A stretch of DNA of 64,000 nucleotides, from the NCBI GenBank assembly GCA_900752545.1, contig CAADVS010000038.1:6083-70082 (forward strand). The letters run 5' to 3'. Of this stretch, positions 37,035 through 47,856 are shown piece after piece. The notes beneath the pieces were generated by a model that did no database searches, was not told the DNA's origin, and saw only the letters and a list, made by a program, of their open reading frames with translations. How positions within the stretch are numbered: the first letter of the stretch is position 1; every line of letters starts with the position of its first letter. Both the position numbers and the translations under genes were made by a program. Origin of the DNA: an uncultured Collinsella sp. (lineage in GTDB: Bacteria; Actinomycetota; Coriobacteriia; Coriobacteriales; Coriobacteriaceae).

Positions 37035-38417
37035 ATGGCTGACACCGTATCTAAGCACATTGACATGACCACCGGATCGCTGTGGCGCAATGTTCCCCTG
37101 TTCGCCTTCCCTGTGGCCGCCACGAGCATCTTGGAGCAACTGTCGAACCTCATCGCCACGGTCATCATCGGTAACTTCTCGGGCGACCAGGGAACCCTCG
37201 CCATGGCGGCGGTCGGCTCCAATGTTCCGCTTACCAGCCTTATGCTCAACCTGTTTATTGGCATGTCGCTTGGCTCCAACGTGGTCATCGCCAACGCTAT
37301 CGGCCGCAACGATCAGAACATGGTCAAACGCGCCGTCCACACCTCGATTCTTATGGCACTTGTGGGCTTTGTCGTCATCGCACTGGGCGAGATCTTTGCC
37401 GAGCCCATGCTCGCCGCGCTCAACGTTCCCGCCGAAACCATGCCGCTCGCTTCGCTCTACCTACGCGTCTTTTTGCTCAGCATGCCCTCGATCTTGCTTT
37501 ACAACTTTGAGGCCGCGATCTTCCGCTCCGTCGGCATCACCCGCATGCCGCTGCAGGCGCTTGCCGTGTCCACCGTCCTCAACATTGGCCTGGACCTCAT
37601 CTTTGTCCCCGTACTCCACTGGGGCGTCGCGGGCGTCGCCATCGCCACCGCCATCGCCTACACCGTCAGCGCCGCTACGCTCTTTATCCGCCTGCTCAAG
37701 ACCGACTCCGTCGTCCGCGTCACCCCGCGCGACCTGGCTATCGACCCCGTCGCCCTCAAGCGCATCGTCAAGATCGGCCTGCCCGCCGGCATCCAGAGCG
37801 CCGTCTTTGCCGTCGCCAACATCATCATCCAGTCTGCTATCAACAGCCTGGGCACCGAGGTCATGGCGGCATCGAGCGCCGCTATGAGCTTGGAGTACGT
37901 ATGCTACAACCTGCTCAACAGCTTTAGCCAGGCTTGCACCACCTTTGTGGGACAAAACCACGGTGCCCGCCAGATCGACCGCTGCACCAAAACGCTCAAG
38001 GTCTGCCTGGTCGAAGGCGGTATCGTTGCACTCACCACGATCATCGTTATTGTCGGCCTGGGGCGCGAGATCTTGTCGCTGTTCAACAGCGATCCCAACA
38101 TCGTCTCGATCGGCTATATCCGCGTGTGTTCGATCTTCCCGGCGTACGCCTTTAGCATGTTCTACGAAAACATGTCCGGCTACCTACGCGGCTTTGGTAT
38201 CTCGCTCACGCCCGCCCTCATCACCATGATCTGCGTCTGCGACATCCGCTTCTATTGGGTGTTCTGCGTGTTCCCGCACTTCCGCACCTTTGCGAACATC
38301 ATGATGGTCTACCCCATCAGCCTGGGCACCACGGCGTTCTTTATGGTCGTGGCGGTACTACTTTGCCACCCGGCACGCACCTATCGCGCCACCCAAGCCA
38401 AAGCGACAGCCCGCTAG
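37035..38417 (+). CDS. MATE family efflux transporter
   Basis: IDMTTGSL, AMAAVG, LNIGLDLIFV..LHWGVAGVAIAT, GLPAGIQ, FVGQNHGA; 12 TM. Confidence 0.92.
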   Translation: MADTVSKHIDMTTGSLWRNVPLFAFPVAATSILEQLSNLIATVIIGNFSGDQGTLAMAAVGSNVPLTSLMLNLFIGMSLGSNVVIANAIGRNDQNMVKRAVHTSILMALVGFVVIALGEIFAEPMLAALNVPAETMPLASLYLRVFLLSMPSILLYNFEAAIFRSVGITRMPLQALAVSTVLNIGLDLIFVPVLHWGVAGVAIATAIAYTVSAATLFIRLLKTDSVVRVTPRDLAIDPVALKRIVKIGLPAGIQSAVFAVANIIIQSAINSLGTEVMAASSAAMSLEYVCYNLLNSFSQACTTFVGQNHGARQIDRCTKTLKVCLVEGGIVALTTIIVIVGLGREILSLFNSDPNIVSIGYIRVCSIFPAYAFSMFYENMSGYLRGFGISLTPALITMICVCDIRFYWVFCVFPHFRTFANIMMVYPISLGTTAFFMVVAVLLCHPARTYRATQAKATAR

Positions 38418-38444
38418 ACACCGCACTCAACGCCACGCCAGTCA

Positions 38445-39311
38445 TTAATTGACAATATGCGAGCTCATATAGTCGATAAAGCGCCTCGTGGCGATAGGCA
38501 TGGTATCCCAGCTGCGCCAAGCTGCCACTACGTCGCGCGAGGGAGCATGCACGATGGGTCGCACACGAATATCGGCTCGCATGCCCTCCACAGTACGACG
38601 GTAGAGCATGCTCACGCCTAGGCCCTCCTCCACCATCGCCATGATGGTGTAGTCGTCAGTCACCTCACTCGTCACGTGCGGCGACAGCCCATGTGTCGCA
38701 AATGCATCGAGCACCAGGCTCTGTTCGCCCTCATCCAGCAGCACAAAGGGCTCGGACGCCAGGTCGGCGAGCGTCACCTTTTCCTTTGCCGCCAGCGGAT
38801 GCGCAGCCGGCAGCAGCGCCACCAACTCGTCGTGATAGACCACACGCTTCTCGAGGCCTGCGGTAAACCCGCGCGCCGTAAAGCAAAAATCCACCACGCC
38901 GTCGTGCACCCACTGAGCGTTGCGCGTGTAATCGCCCTGCTTGAGGGTAAAGCGTACGCCCGGGTGCAGCGTACCAAAGTCGCGGATCACACGCGGCAGC
39001 ACGGTACGGCTCACGTTGGTAAACGTCGCGATGCGAATATCGGTCGACGAAAGCCCCAGCAGCTCCTGGCGCTTGCCCTCGAGCTCGGCCTCGGCGGTCA
39101 CAATCTGGCGCAGGTACGGCAGATACTGCTTGCCATCGCGCGTAAGCGAAACGCCCTGCTTTCCGCGCTCGATAAGCGTGGTGCCCAGCTCGCGCTCGAG
39201 CGCCTTGACGGCCTGGCTCACCGCACTTTGCGTATAGCCCAACTCGTCCGCCGCGCCCTTAAGACTGCCGCGATCGACCACCATACAAACAATCTGATAC
39301 CGCGATGCCAT
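38445..39311 (-). CDS. LysR family regulator
   Basis: GSLKGAADELGYTQSAVSQ..LERELG; divergent from a DMT gene. Confidence 0.92.
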   Translation of the reverse strand: MASRYQIVCMVVDRGSLKGAADELGYTQSAVSQAVKALERELGTTLIERGKQGVSLTRDGKQYLPYLRQIVTAEAELEGKRQELLGLSSTDIRIATFTNVSRTVLPRVIRDFGTLHPGVRFTLKQGDYTRNAQWVHDGVVDFCFTARGFTAGLEKRVVYHDELVALLPAAHPLAAKEKVTLADLASEPFVLLDEGEQSLVLDAFATHGLSPHVTSEVTDDYTIMAMVEEGLGVSMLYRRTVEGMRADIRVRPIVHAPSRDVVAAWRSWDTMPIATRRFIDYMSSHIVN

Positions 39312-39469
39312 CGTGCCTCCACATCAATGCAGCCGTAAAACGTTTTGCCAGCGCTTTTCCTAATGACATTAGCATTTCTTAATCATACTGAAGATACATT
39401 CGCTTTACTACATCCACATCTGGGAGCAGAATCCTTTTTACGAAACCGTTCTGTAACAAAAGGAGTCCC

Positions 39470-40372
39470 ATGGATCGCAAAAAAGCAATCGCGCTCTCAT
39501 TTTCCGTTCCCGTCGCATGGGGCTTTTCGTACCCCCTCATGAAGATCGGCATGGACAGTATGAACGCCACGAGCATCGTTGCGCTGCGCTGCATCATCGC
39601 CTTTGTGGCTTGCCTGCTGCTCTTCCACAAGCGCGCTTTCCGCATCAACCGCGACCTTATGGTCCGCGCTGCCATCATCGGCGCCATTATGGCAACCGAA
39701 CTCACCTGCATGTGCCTGGGCTCCAGCCTCACCTCCGCCTCCACCGCCGGCTTTTTGCAGAGCCTGACGGTCGTGATCGTGCCGTTTGCCAACGCCGCCC
39801 TGCTGCGTCGTGCCCCCGAGCGCAAAGTGCTCGTCGGCACCGCCATCGTCACCTGCGGTATGTTGCTGCTCTCGGGCGCCGACTTCACCAGCCTGAACCC
39901 GGGCGCGCTCATCATGCTGCTCTCCGCTTTTGTCTATGCCGGCCATATCATTGTGGCGAAGCGCTTTGTCGAAGATGTCGACCCGCTGGCCCTGGGCGTT
40001 TGGCAGCTGGGCTTCGGAGGCTTGTTCTCGGGTATCGCCGCATTCACCTTTGGCGGTTTCACGCTTCCCGGCACGCCGAGCGAGATCGTCGTTGTCGTCG
40101 CACTCGCACTCATCTGCTCTGCCTATGGCTTTATCACCCAAACACTCGTGCAGCCCCACGTGCCCGCCGAGACCACCGGCTTCGCCTTCTCGCTCGAGCC
40201 GGTCTGCTCTGCCGTCTTCTCGTTCTTCCTGGTCGGCGAGGTTCTGAGCCCCATCGCCTTCTTTGGCGCCGCCCTCATCCTAACCGGCGTCATGGTGGCA
40301 ACCGTCGAGCTTCCGCGCCTTCGCGCACATGGACACACCCGTATGGCAGGAGCGCCCGAGCACGTCTCGTAG
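39470..40372 (+). CDS. DMT/EamA family transporter
   Basis: WG.SY, two EamA repeats, SLEPV, GE; ~10 TM. Confidence 0.88.
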   Translation: MDRKKAIALSFSVPVAWGFSYPLMKIGMDSMNATSIVALRCIIAFVACLLLFHKRAFRINRDLMVRAAIIGAIMATELTCMCLGSSLTSASTAGFLQSLTVVIVPFANAALLRRAPERKVLVGTAIVTCGMLLLSGADFTSLNPGALIMLLSAFVYAGHIIVAKRFVEDVDPLALGVWQLGFGGLFSGIAAFTFGGFTLPGTPSEIVVVVALALICSAYGFITQTLVQPHVPAETTGFAFSLEPVCSAVFSFFLVGEVLSPIAFFGAALILTGVMVATVELPRLRAHGHTRMAGAPEHVS

Positions 40373-40460
40373 GCCCCGTTCTTCATACAGCCGTGTCATA
40401 AAGGCAACCGGTGCGCCTTTACAATAGATGCCAACAGAGCATCTACCATAAAGGAGCCCC

Positions 40461-41186
40461 ATGGACACCGCAACTCGCGACCACAACATAGCAACTTGGT
40501 TGGGCGATGCACCGCAGCCGGTACGTGACACTACGAACCAGCTGCTCGAGCGTATCGCCCTTTTGCGTGCCGAGCAGACCATCTACCCGGCACAAGACGA
40601 CATCCTCAATGCCCTCGCCTACACGCCGGCCGACCAGGTCAAGGTTGTCATCTTGGGTCAAGATCCCTATCACGGACCCAACCAGGCAATGGGGCTGTCG
40701 TTTTCGGTCCCCACGACGCAAACCAAGTTGCCGCCGAGCCTGCGCAACATCTATAAGGAACTCAAAGCCGATCTGGGTTGCCCCATTCCCGCCACGGGAG
40801 ACCTAACACCATGGGCACAACAGGGCGTCCTGCTCCTCAACACCACGCTCACCGTGCGCGAGCATGCCGCGAACTCGCACGCCAAACTGGGCTGGAGCAC
40901 GCTCACCGACTACGTTATCGAACGCTGCTGCCAGCTGCCCCAGCCGGTAGTCTTTTTGGCATGGGGTCGCTTTGCCCAGCAGATGGTCGAAGGCAAGCTC
41001 GTCGCAGTCGGCGCGGGCAAGGCAACCGACAAGTTCTGTCTGGCCTCCACGCACCCCTCGCCGCTTTCGGCCAACCGTGCCACGGCAGAACTCCCCGCCT
41101 TTATGGGGTCGCGTCCCTTCTCGGCAGCCAATCGGCTACTCGAACAGCACAGCTCGACCCCCGTCAACTGGACTTGCCTCGGCTAA
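40461..41186 (+). CDS. ung: Uracil-DNA glycosylase (family 1)
   Basis: GQDPYH, PPSLRNI, GVLLLN, HPSPLS. Confidence 0.95.
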   Translation: MDTATRDHNIATWLGDAPQPVRDTTNQLLERIALLRAEQTIYPAQDDILNALAYTPADQVKVVILGQDPYHGPNQAMGLSFSVPTTQTKLPPSLRNIYKELKADLGCPIPATGDLTPWAQQGVLLLNTTLTVREHAANSHAKLGWSTLTDYVIERCCQLPQPVVFLAWGRFAQQMVEGKLVAVGAGKATDKFCLASTHPSPLSANRATAELPAFMGSRPFSAANRLLEQHSSTPVNWTCLG

Positions 41187-41201
41187 AAATCGATATATCA
41201 A

Positions 41202-41235
41202 AAACGCGCCCGACGGCTTTCCATCGGGCGCGTTT
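41202..41235. terminator. Bidirectional terminator between ung and the SDR gene
   Basis: AAACGCGCCCGA...TCGGGCGCGTTT. Confidence 0.6.
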
Positions 41236-41236
41236 C

Positions 41237-41917
41237 CTATTCGGGCCAAATAAATTGCGTGCGGCCGGCCTCGCCGCCATCGATCAACAGACTCTGTCCG
41301 GTCATAAACCGATTGGTCACGCCCACAAAGTAGATCCACTCGGCGATCTCTTGGGCGGTGGCCCAGCGCTTAAGCGGCGTGAGCTCCATAATCTGGTTCC
41401 ACAGGTGTTCGTCTTCCATCACGCAACGGTTGAGCGGCGTGATAACGCCGCCCGGGTCCACACTGTTGGCGATGGCCTGCGGTGCCAGGCGGTTTGCAAG
41501 GTTCTTGGTGTAGGCGATAACGCCGCCCTTGCTGGCGGCATAGACGGGAAACTCCGAACCCGTATGGCCGCTCGCCGAGCCCACATTGACCACGGATTTG
41601 ATAGCCGGCGCCGGCTTGGCGACAAGCCCCTCCCCCACAAAAGCGTAGCGCTCGGTCACGTTGATGGTGCCACACAGGTTGGCGGCGATATCGTCGGCCG
41701 AATCCTGCGTACCGGCAACGTTCACGATTACCTGGGGTTCAAGGTCGCTTGGAAACGAGCCCGGCTCGCGGACATCAACAATCAGATGGCGGTAGCGCTC
41801 GTGTTCGATCGCCGCCGGCAAAAGATCAAAGCCCACGACCTCGTGGCCCTCGTCCAAAAAGCGCTGCACGCATGCGGCTCCGATACCGCCCGAAGCACCC
41901 GTGATCAAAACCCGCAT
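41237..41917 (-). CDS. Short-chain dehydrogenase/reductase (classical SDR)
   Basis: TGASGGIG, VNVAG, NVGS, YAASK, PG, TGQSLLIDGG. Confidence 0.9.
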   Translation of the reverse strand: MRVLITGASGGIGAACVQRFLDEGHEVVGFDLLPAAIEHERYRHLIVDVREPGSFPSDLEPQVIVNVAGTQDSADDIAANLCGTINVTERYAFVGEGLVAKPAPAIKSVVNVGSASGHTGSEFPVYAASKGGVIAYTKNLANRLAPQAIANSVDPGGVITPLNRCVMEDEHLWNQIMELTPLKRWATAQEIAEWIYFVGVTNRFMTGQSLLIDGGEAGRTQFIWPE

Positions 41918-41926
41918 ACTTGCTCC

Positions 41927-42649
41927 TTAGGCGGTTGCGTGGCGCTCGAGGTACTCGGAGCCCACATTCTCGCGCTCCCAGCCGCGCACGACCTTGTAGC
42001 CCACGGGGCTCAGGAAGACCTCGCACAGCAGCTCGGCAACAGCGCCCGTCAGCGAGCACATAAGGACCTGCACCCAGGTCCAACCAAAGAACGTGTGGCT
42101 CACCACAATGGCAAAGACTAGATTGTCGATAAACTGGCCAACACCCGTAGACACATAGGAGCGGAAGGCAAAGCTCGCAAAGTTATTCTTTTTGAGCATA
42201 CGGCCGAGCGACTGGTTGAGCGTGGAGTTAACCACGGCAGAAACGAGCATTGCCAGCGAAGAGCCCAGCACCACGTACCAGGTGCCGCCGATGGTGGCGT
42301 TAAGGGCAGTGTTGACCTCGATCATGCCCGTGTCGTAGTAGGCGCCCCACATGCCGGGCGTGAGCGAGCATGCCCAAAAGCACAGGCTCACGGCCAGGTT
42401 GACCAGCAGTGCGAGGATAGAGATTTTAATGGATGCCTTGGCGCCAAAGCGCTTGCAGATCATGTCCTGGCACAAAAACGAAACCCAGCTCACCACAAAG
42501 CCGCAATCGAGTGCCAGATACGGCAGGCTGATGAGCTCTTTGTTGGCCAGCAGGTTCATCATGATGACGCTCACGAAAAACAGCGAAACCGTTGCCGCGG
42601 GAATGCTCCGCAACAGGACCTTGTAGTCCTCCATGACCTTCTTGATCAT
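41927..42649 (-). CDS. VUT family (YhhQ-like) queuosine precursor transporter
   Basis: MNLLANK, D.I...FG.K, GS.LA.LVS..VN, R.Y.ST..GQFIDN.VF; ~6 TM. Confidence 0.82.
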   Translation of the reverse strand: MIKKVMEDYKVLLRSIPAATVSLFFVSVIMMNLLANKELISLPYLALDCGFVVSWVSFLCQDMICKRFGAKASIKISILALLVNLAVSLCFWACSLTPGMWGAYYDTGMIEVNTALNATIGGTWYVVLGSSLAMLVSAVVNSTLNQSLGRMLKKNNFASFAFRSYVSTGVGQFIDNLVFAIVVSHTFFGWTWVQVLMCSLTGAVAELLCEVFLSPVGYKVVRGWERENVGSEYLERHATA

Positions 42650-42654
42650 TATGT

Positions 42655-42706
42655 ACTCCTTTGGTTTTAGGTTTAACGAGCAGGATATCGGACCCGAACT
42701 GCTCGG
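42655..42706 (-). ncRNA. Probable preQ1 class I riboswitch
   Basis: Transcript CGAGCAG-UUCGGGUCCGAUAUC-CUGCUCG-UUAAACCUAAAACCAAAGGAG: stem, UUCG-starting loop and A-rich tail running into the RBS, upstream of a YhhQ-like gene. Confidence 0.65.
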
Positions 42707-42734
42707 ACGCCTCGGTCTTGAGACGACGGTGGGT

Positions 42735-42763
42735 ATGATAGCCGCTCACGCGGCATCAGGCAA
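42735..42763 (-). promoter_or_regulatory. Sigma-A-like promoter for the VUT-SDR operon
   Basis: Minus strand TTGCCT-17 nt-TATCAT. Confidence 0.5.
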
Positions 42764-42805
42764 GCAATCGGCGCGGCAGCCCCGCAGAGCCACCGCGCCG
42801 ATGCG

Positions 42806-44419
<1,614 letters not shown>

Positions 44420-44573
44420 GCGGATCCTTTCTTGCATTGAGTGCATTACGTCGATGTAACCGCACTATTGTAGCCGCGAAATCCCGCTCTAGGGCGCCTA
44501 TCAGGACAAATTCATCAGTTGGGACCTGGGCAGCCGGCCCAATCCGTATTTACCTCTTGCAGAACTGTGCATA

Positions 44574-44607
44574 GTGTATATATACTGTGCTTACCGGTTA
44601 TATACAC
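44574..44607. promoter_or_regulatory. YtrA-type GntR operator
   Basis: GTGTATA...TATACAC long-spaced inverted repeat upstream of the GntR gene. Confidence 0.6.
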
Positions 44608-44634
44608 GTGTAGCCCAACAGCTAAGGAGCCGCT

Positions 44635-45015
44635 GTGGACATCATCCTATCCAATTCGAGCGACAAGCCCATCTACGAGCAGATAACCTCGCAAGTCAAA
44701 GCTCAGATCTTATCGGGCACGCTCGCCGCGGGAGCAAAACTCCCCAGCATCCGTGCGCTCGCGAGCGATCTTGGCGTGAGCGTCATCACCACCAAGCGCG
44801 CCTACGCCGACCTGGAGCAGCTCGGGTTTATCTGCACCGTGCAGGGCAAGGGCTGTTTTGTCGCCGAGGGCAACCAGGAGCTCTTGCGTGAAAACCAGCT
44901 CTGCCATATCGAAGAGCTGCTTGCGAAAGCGGCAAGCCAAGCCGAAGCCTTAGGCGTCACGCGCGACAAGCTGCACGAAATGCTCGACCTGGTAGCCCCC
45001 GAAACCATGCAGTAG
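44635..45015 (+). CDS. GntR family regulator (YtrA subfamily)
   Basis: PIYEQI, LPSIR.LA..LGVS..T..RAY..LE, GKGCFV; 126 aa. Confidence 0.92.
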   Translation: MDIILSNSSDKPIYEQITSQVKAQILSGTLAAGAKLPSIRALASDLGVSVITTKRAYADLEQLGFICTVQGKGCFVAEGNQELLRENQLCHIEELLAKAASQAEALGVTRDKLHEMLDLVAPETMQ

Positions 45016-45038
45016 CCATCTGCAAGAAAGGCTATACC

Positions 45039-45920
45039 ATGCAAAACCTTTTAGAACTCAAAGGCATTTCACGCCGTGTGAGCGACCGTTTTTCGCTGCG
45101 TGACGTCACGCTTGCCGTGGAGCCTGGCCAGATCGTTGGCTTTGTGGGCGCAAATGGCGCTGGCAAAACAACGACGATTCGAGCCGCGCTCGGGCTTATC
45201 AAACTCGATGCCGGCGAGGTGCACCTGTTTGGGCAGCGCTGTGGCGCCGACTCACCCGGTGAAGCGCAGCGCTGCTTGCGCACCCGTGTCGGTCTCGTGC
45301 TGGACACGTGTCCTTTCCCTTCAACGCTCAAGGTGGGCCAGATCGAGGCACTCGTAGGCCCGGCGTACCCCACGTGGGACCGCAAAACGTTCGCCGGATT
45401 CATCGACCGATTTGGCCTCGATCCCAAGACAAAGGTCAAGGACCTCTCCCGCGGCATGGGCATGAAACTGCAGCTTGCCTGCGCGCTCAGCCACCAGGCC
45501 AAGCTGCTCGTTTTGGACGAAGCCACCGCGGGCCTCGATCCCATGGCACGCGAGGAGCTGCTCGATGAGCTGCTCGCCTTTGTTTCCGACGGCCTGCGCA
45601 GCGTGCTGCTCTCGAGCCATATTACGTCCGACCTCGATCGCGCCGCCGACCGCGTCATCTGCATCGATAACGGCTCGATTATTTTTGACCTGCCGCGCGA
45701 GGACATTACCGACCGCGTCGGCATCGCCCACTGTACCCAAGCACAGGCCGCCGAGCTTATGGCTTGCGTCGAAGGCGCCCGTGCCGTCCACCACGCCTAT
45801 AGCGTGGACGTGCTCGTGCCCAACCACCGCGAAGTGCTCGAGGCCTTCCCAGAGATTCCCTGCGATCGGGCAACCATTGATGACTATCTGCGCCTCATGC
45901 TGAAAGGGGCTTCGAAATGA
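45039..45920 (+). CDS. ABC transporter ATP-binding protein
   Basis: GANGAGKTT, LSRGM, LDEATAGLD, SSH. Confidence 0.93.
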   Translation: MQNLLELKGISRRVSDRFSLRDVTLAVEPGQIVGFVGANGAGKTTTIRAALGLIKLDAGEVHLFGQRCGADSPGEAQRCLRTRVGLVLDTCPFPSTLKVGQIEALVGPAYPTWDRKTFAGFIDRFGLDPKTKVKDLSRGMGMKLQLACALSHQAKLLVLDEATAGLDPMAREELLDELLAFVSDGLRSVLLSSHITSDLDRAADRVICIDNGSIIFDLPREDITDRVGIAHCTQAQAAELMACVEGARAVHHAYSVDVLVPNHREVLEAFPEIPCDRATIDDYLRLMLKGASK

Positions 45921-46615
45921 AACGCGCCTTTATGTCCGAGCTCGCCATCGTTCGCACGCTCACCCCGAGCATCGCGGGCGTCGGCCTGTTCATCTTCGTC
46001 GTGCTAACCCTTGCCAACGCGTCGGATGGCGATTCCGGCATGAGCGCCGGCGCCTGCGCGGTCAGCGCCATGTCGCCCATCATGGTCATGAGCTCGCTGG
46101 CCGGCTTCGACAATCAAAACGGATGGGAGCGTTATCGGGCAACGCTGCCTCTCACGCGCAAAGACATAATTTGCGCACGCTACCTGTGCATCGTTGTCTT
46201 CTCGGTCGTCATGGCATGCGCGGCTACGCTTCTGAACATCCTCGCCCTTCCGCTCTTCGACCCCATGGGCATCCCTTCGACATGCCAGACGATCTTTGAA
46301 ATCGCAACCGCCTCGGCGGCATCGATGCTCATCTCCCTCATGATGGTATTCTTGACACAGCCGCTGTTCTTCCGATTTGGACACATGGAGGCGCTGCGCC
46401 TATCCGTTGGCCTGTTTGCCATGCTCGGATGCCTTGCCATGGCCACGCTGAGCTCCTCCAACCCCATCAGCAACTGGCTCATGTCGATTGCCGGAGCGAA
46501 TCCCGATCCCGCCGTTCTGGGCTGTCTGTGTGCAGGCATCGCCGCACTTACCCTCGCGCTATGTGCAATCAGCTGCGCAGTCAGCACCAAGGTCTATCGG
46601 GCACGCGACCTGTAA
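45917..46615 (+). CDS. ABC-2 type permease
   Basis: ATGA overlap with the ATPase; D..NGW....LP.TRK.I..ARY; 6 TM. Confidence 0.85.
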   Translation: MKRAFMSELAIVRTLTPSIAGVGLFIFVVLTLANASDGDSGMSAGACAVSAMSPIMVMSSLAGFDNQNGWERYRATLPLTRKDIICARYLCIVVFSVVMACAATLLNILALPLFDPMGIPSTCQTIFEIATASAASMLISLMMVFLTQPLFFRFGHMEALRLSVGLFAMLGCLAMATLSSSNPISNWLMSIAGANPDPAVLGCLCAGIAALTLALCAISCAVSTKVYRARDL

Positions 46616-46886
46616 TCGACAGCCAAAGGGCTTGGGCTGCACGCCACCTCATTTACTAGATAAGACGAAGCAACAACAACGCCGCCGCCCTTCGAAGCAT
46701 GCCGTTTAGATCTTGGAAACCAAAGAGAAGTCGACAGCATATCGACAATTCGAGCCTTCACCAAATGGCTCCCCGGAACATAACCCCCGTCTCGCCGCGG
46801 CCATATCAAACCTTCATGGTGGGGCGGTATCCTCATGTCCATAAAACTCGCAGGATAAACCCATTATCCAAGGAGGCACCGTACCC

Positions 46887-47762
46887 GTGTCGTGGGTTGT
46901 CGCAGCATTTGCGTCAGCATTCTTTGCCGGCATCACATCCATCTTGGCCAAATGCGGCATCAAGCAGACCGACTCCGATGTCGCGACGGCCATTCGCACC
47001 TGCGTGGTGCTCGTTTTCGCCTGGGCAATGGCGGGCATTTCTGGATCCATTGGAACCATTGGCAGCATCGAACCCAGATCCTGGCTCTTTCTCGTCCTCT
47101 CGGGACTCGCTACCGGTGCTTCGTGGATCTGTTACTTTAAGGCGTTGAGCATCGGAAATGTCAATAAGGTCGTACCGGTCGACAAGATGAGCACCGTGCT
47201 CGCCGCGCTGGTCGCCATCGCGCTTTTTGACGAGACGAGCAACCTTGCGGTTAAGCTCGTGGGAACCGCTGCCATCACCCTCGGCACGTTTTTAATGATC
47301 GAGAAGAAGCAGTCCGCCGAACCCGAGCAGCAGCAAGACCGAACCTGGCTCGCTTACGCCCTCGGCGCCGCCGTGTTCGCGGCACTCACCTCCGTCCTCG
47401 CCAAGATCGGCATCGAAGGCGTCGAGTCAAACCTGGCCACGGCAATCCGCACCTGCGTGGTACTGGTTATGGCATGGGCAATCGTGGCAGCCAAGGGAAA
47501 ACTGGAGCAGGTCGCGCACGTTGACCGGCGCGAACTCACATTTCTCGCAACATCGGGCATCGCGACTGGAGCATCGTGGCTGCTCTATTACTATGCCATC
47601 GCTGCAGGCCAGGTGAGTGTCGTGGTGCAGATCGACAAACTATCGATTGTCGTATCGGTGCTATTTGCGCGCCTGGCATTCAACGAAAAACTCTCCCGCC
47701 GCAGCGCCATCGGTCTCGCCCTCATCGTACTGGGCACCGCCGCGCTTGCAATTTGGAAGTAG
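46887..47762 (+). CDS. EamA family transporter (internally duplicated halves)
   Basis: FA..TS.LAK.GI, ATAIRTCVVL, SG.ATGASW and DK.S each occur twice. Confidence 0.9.
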   Translation: MSWVVAAFASAFFAGITSILAKCGIKQTDSDVATAIRTCVVLVFAWAMAGISGSIGTIGSIEPRSWLFLVLSGLATGASWICYFKALSIGNVNKVVPVDKMSTVLAALVAIALFDETSNLAVKLVGTAAITLGTFLMIEKKQSAEPEQQQDRTWLAYALGAAVFAALTSVLAKIGIEGVESNLATAIRTCVVLVMAWAIVAAKGKLEQVAHVDRRELTFLATSGIATGASWLLYYYAIAAGQVSVVVQIDKLSIVVSVLFARLAFNEKLSRRSAIGLALIVLGTAALAIWK

Positions 47763-47856
47763 CGCCGATACCGAACGAAATCCAGTCCACCCGCAAATCC
47801 GTGACACAGCGCCCGCACCGGACTTGAGATGTTTGTACTGACTGCGCGCTACCGTG

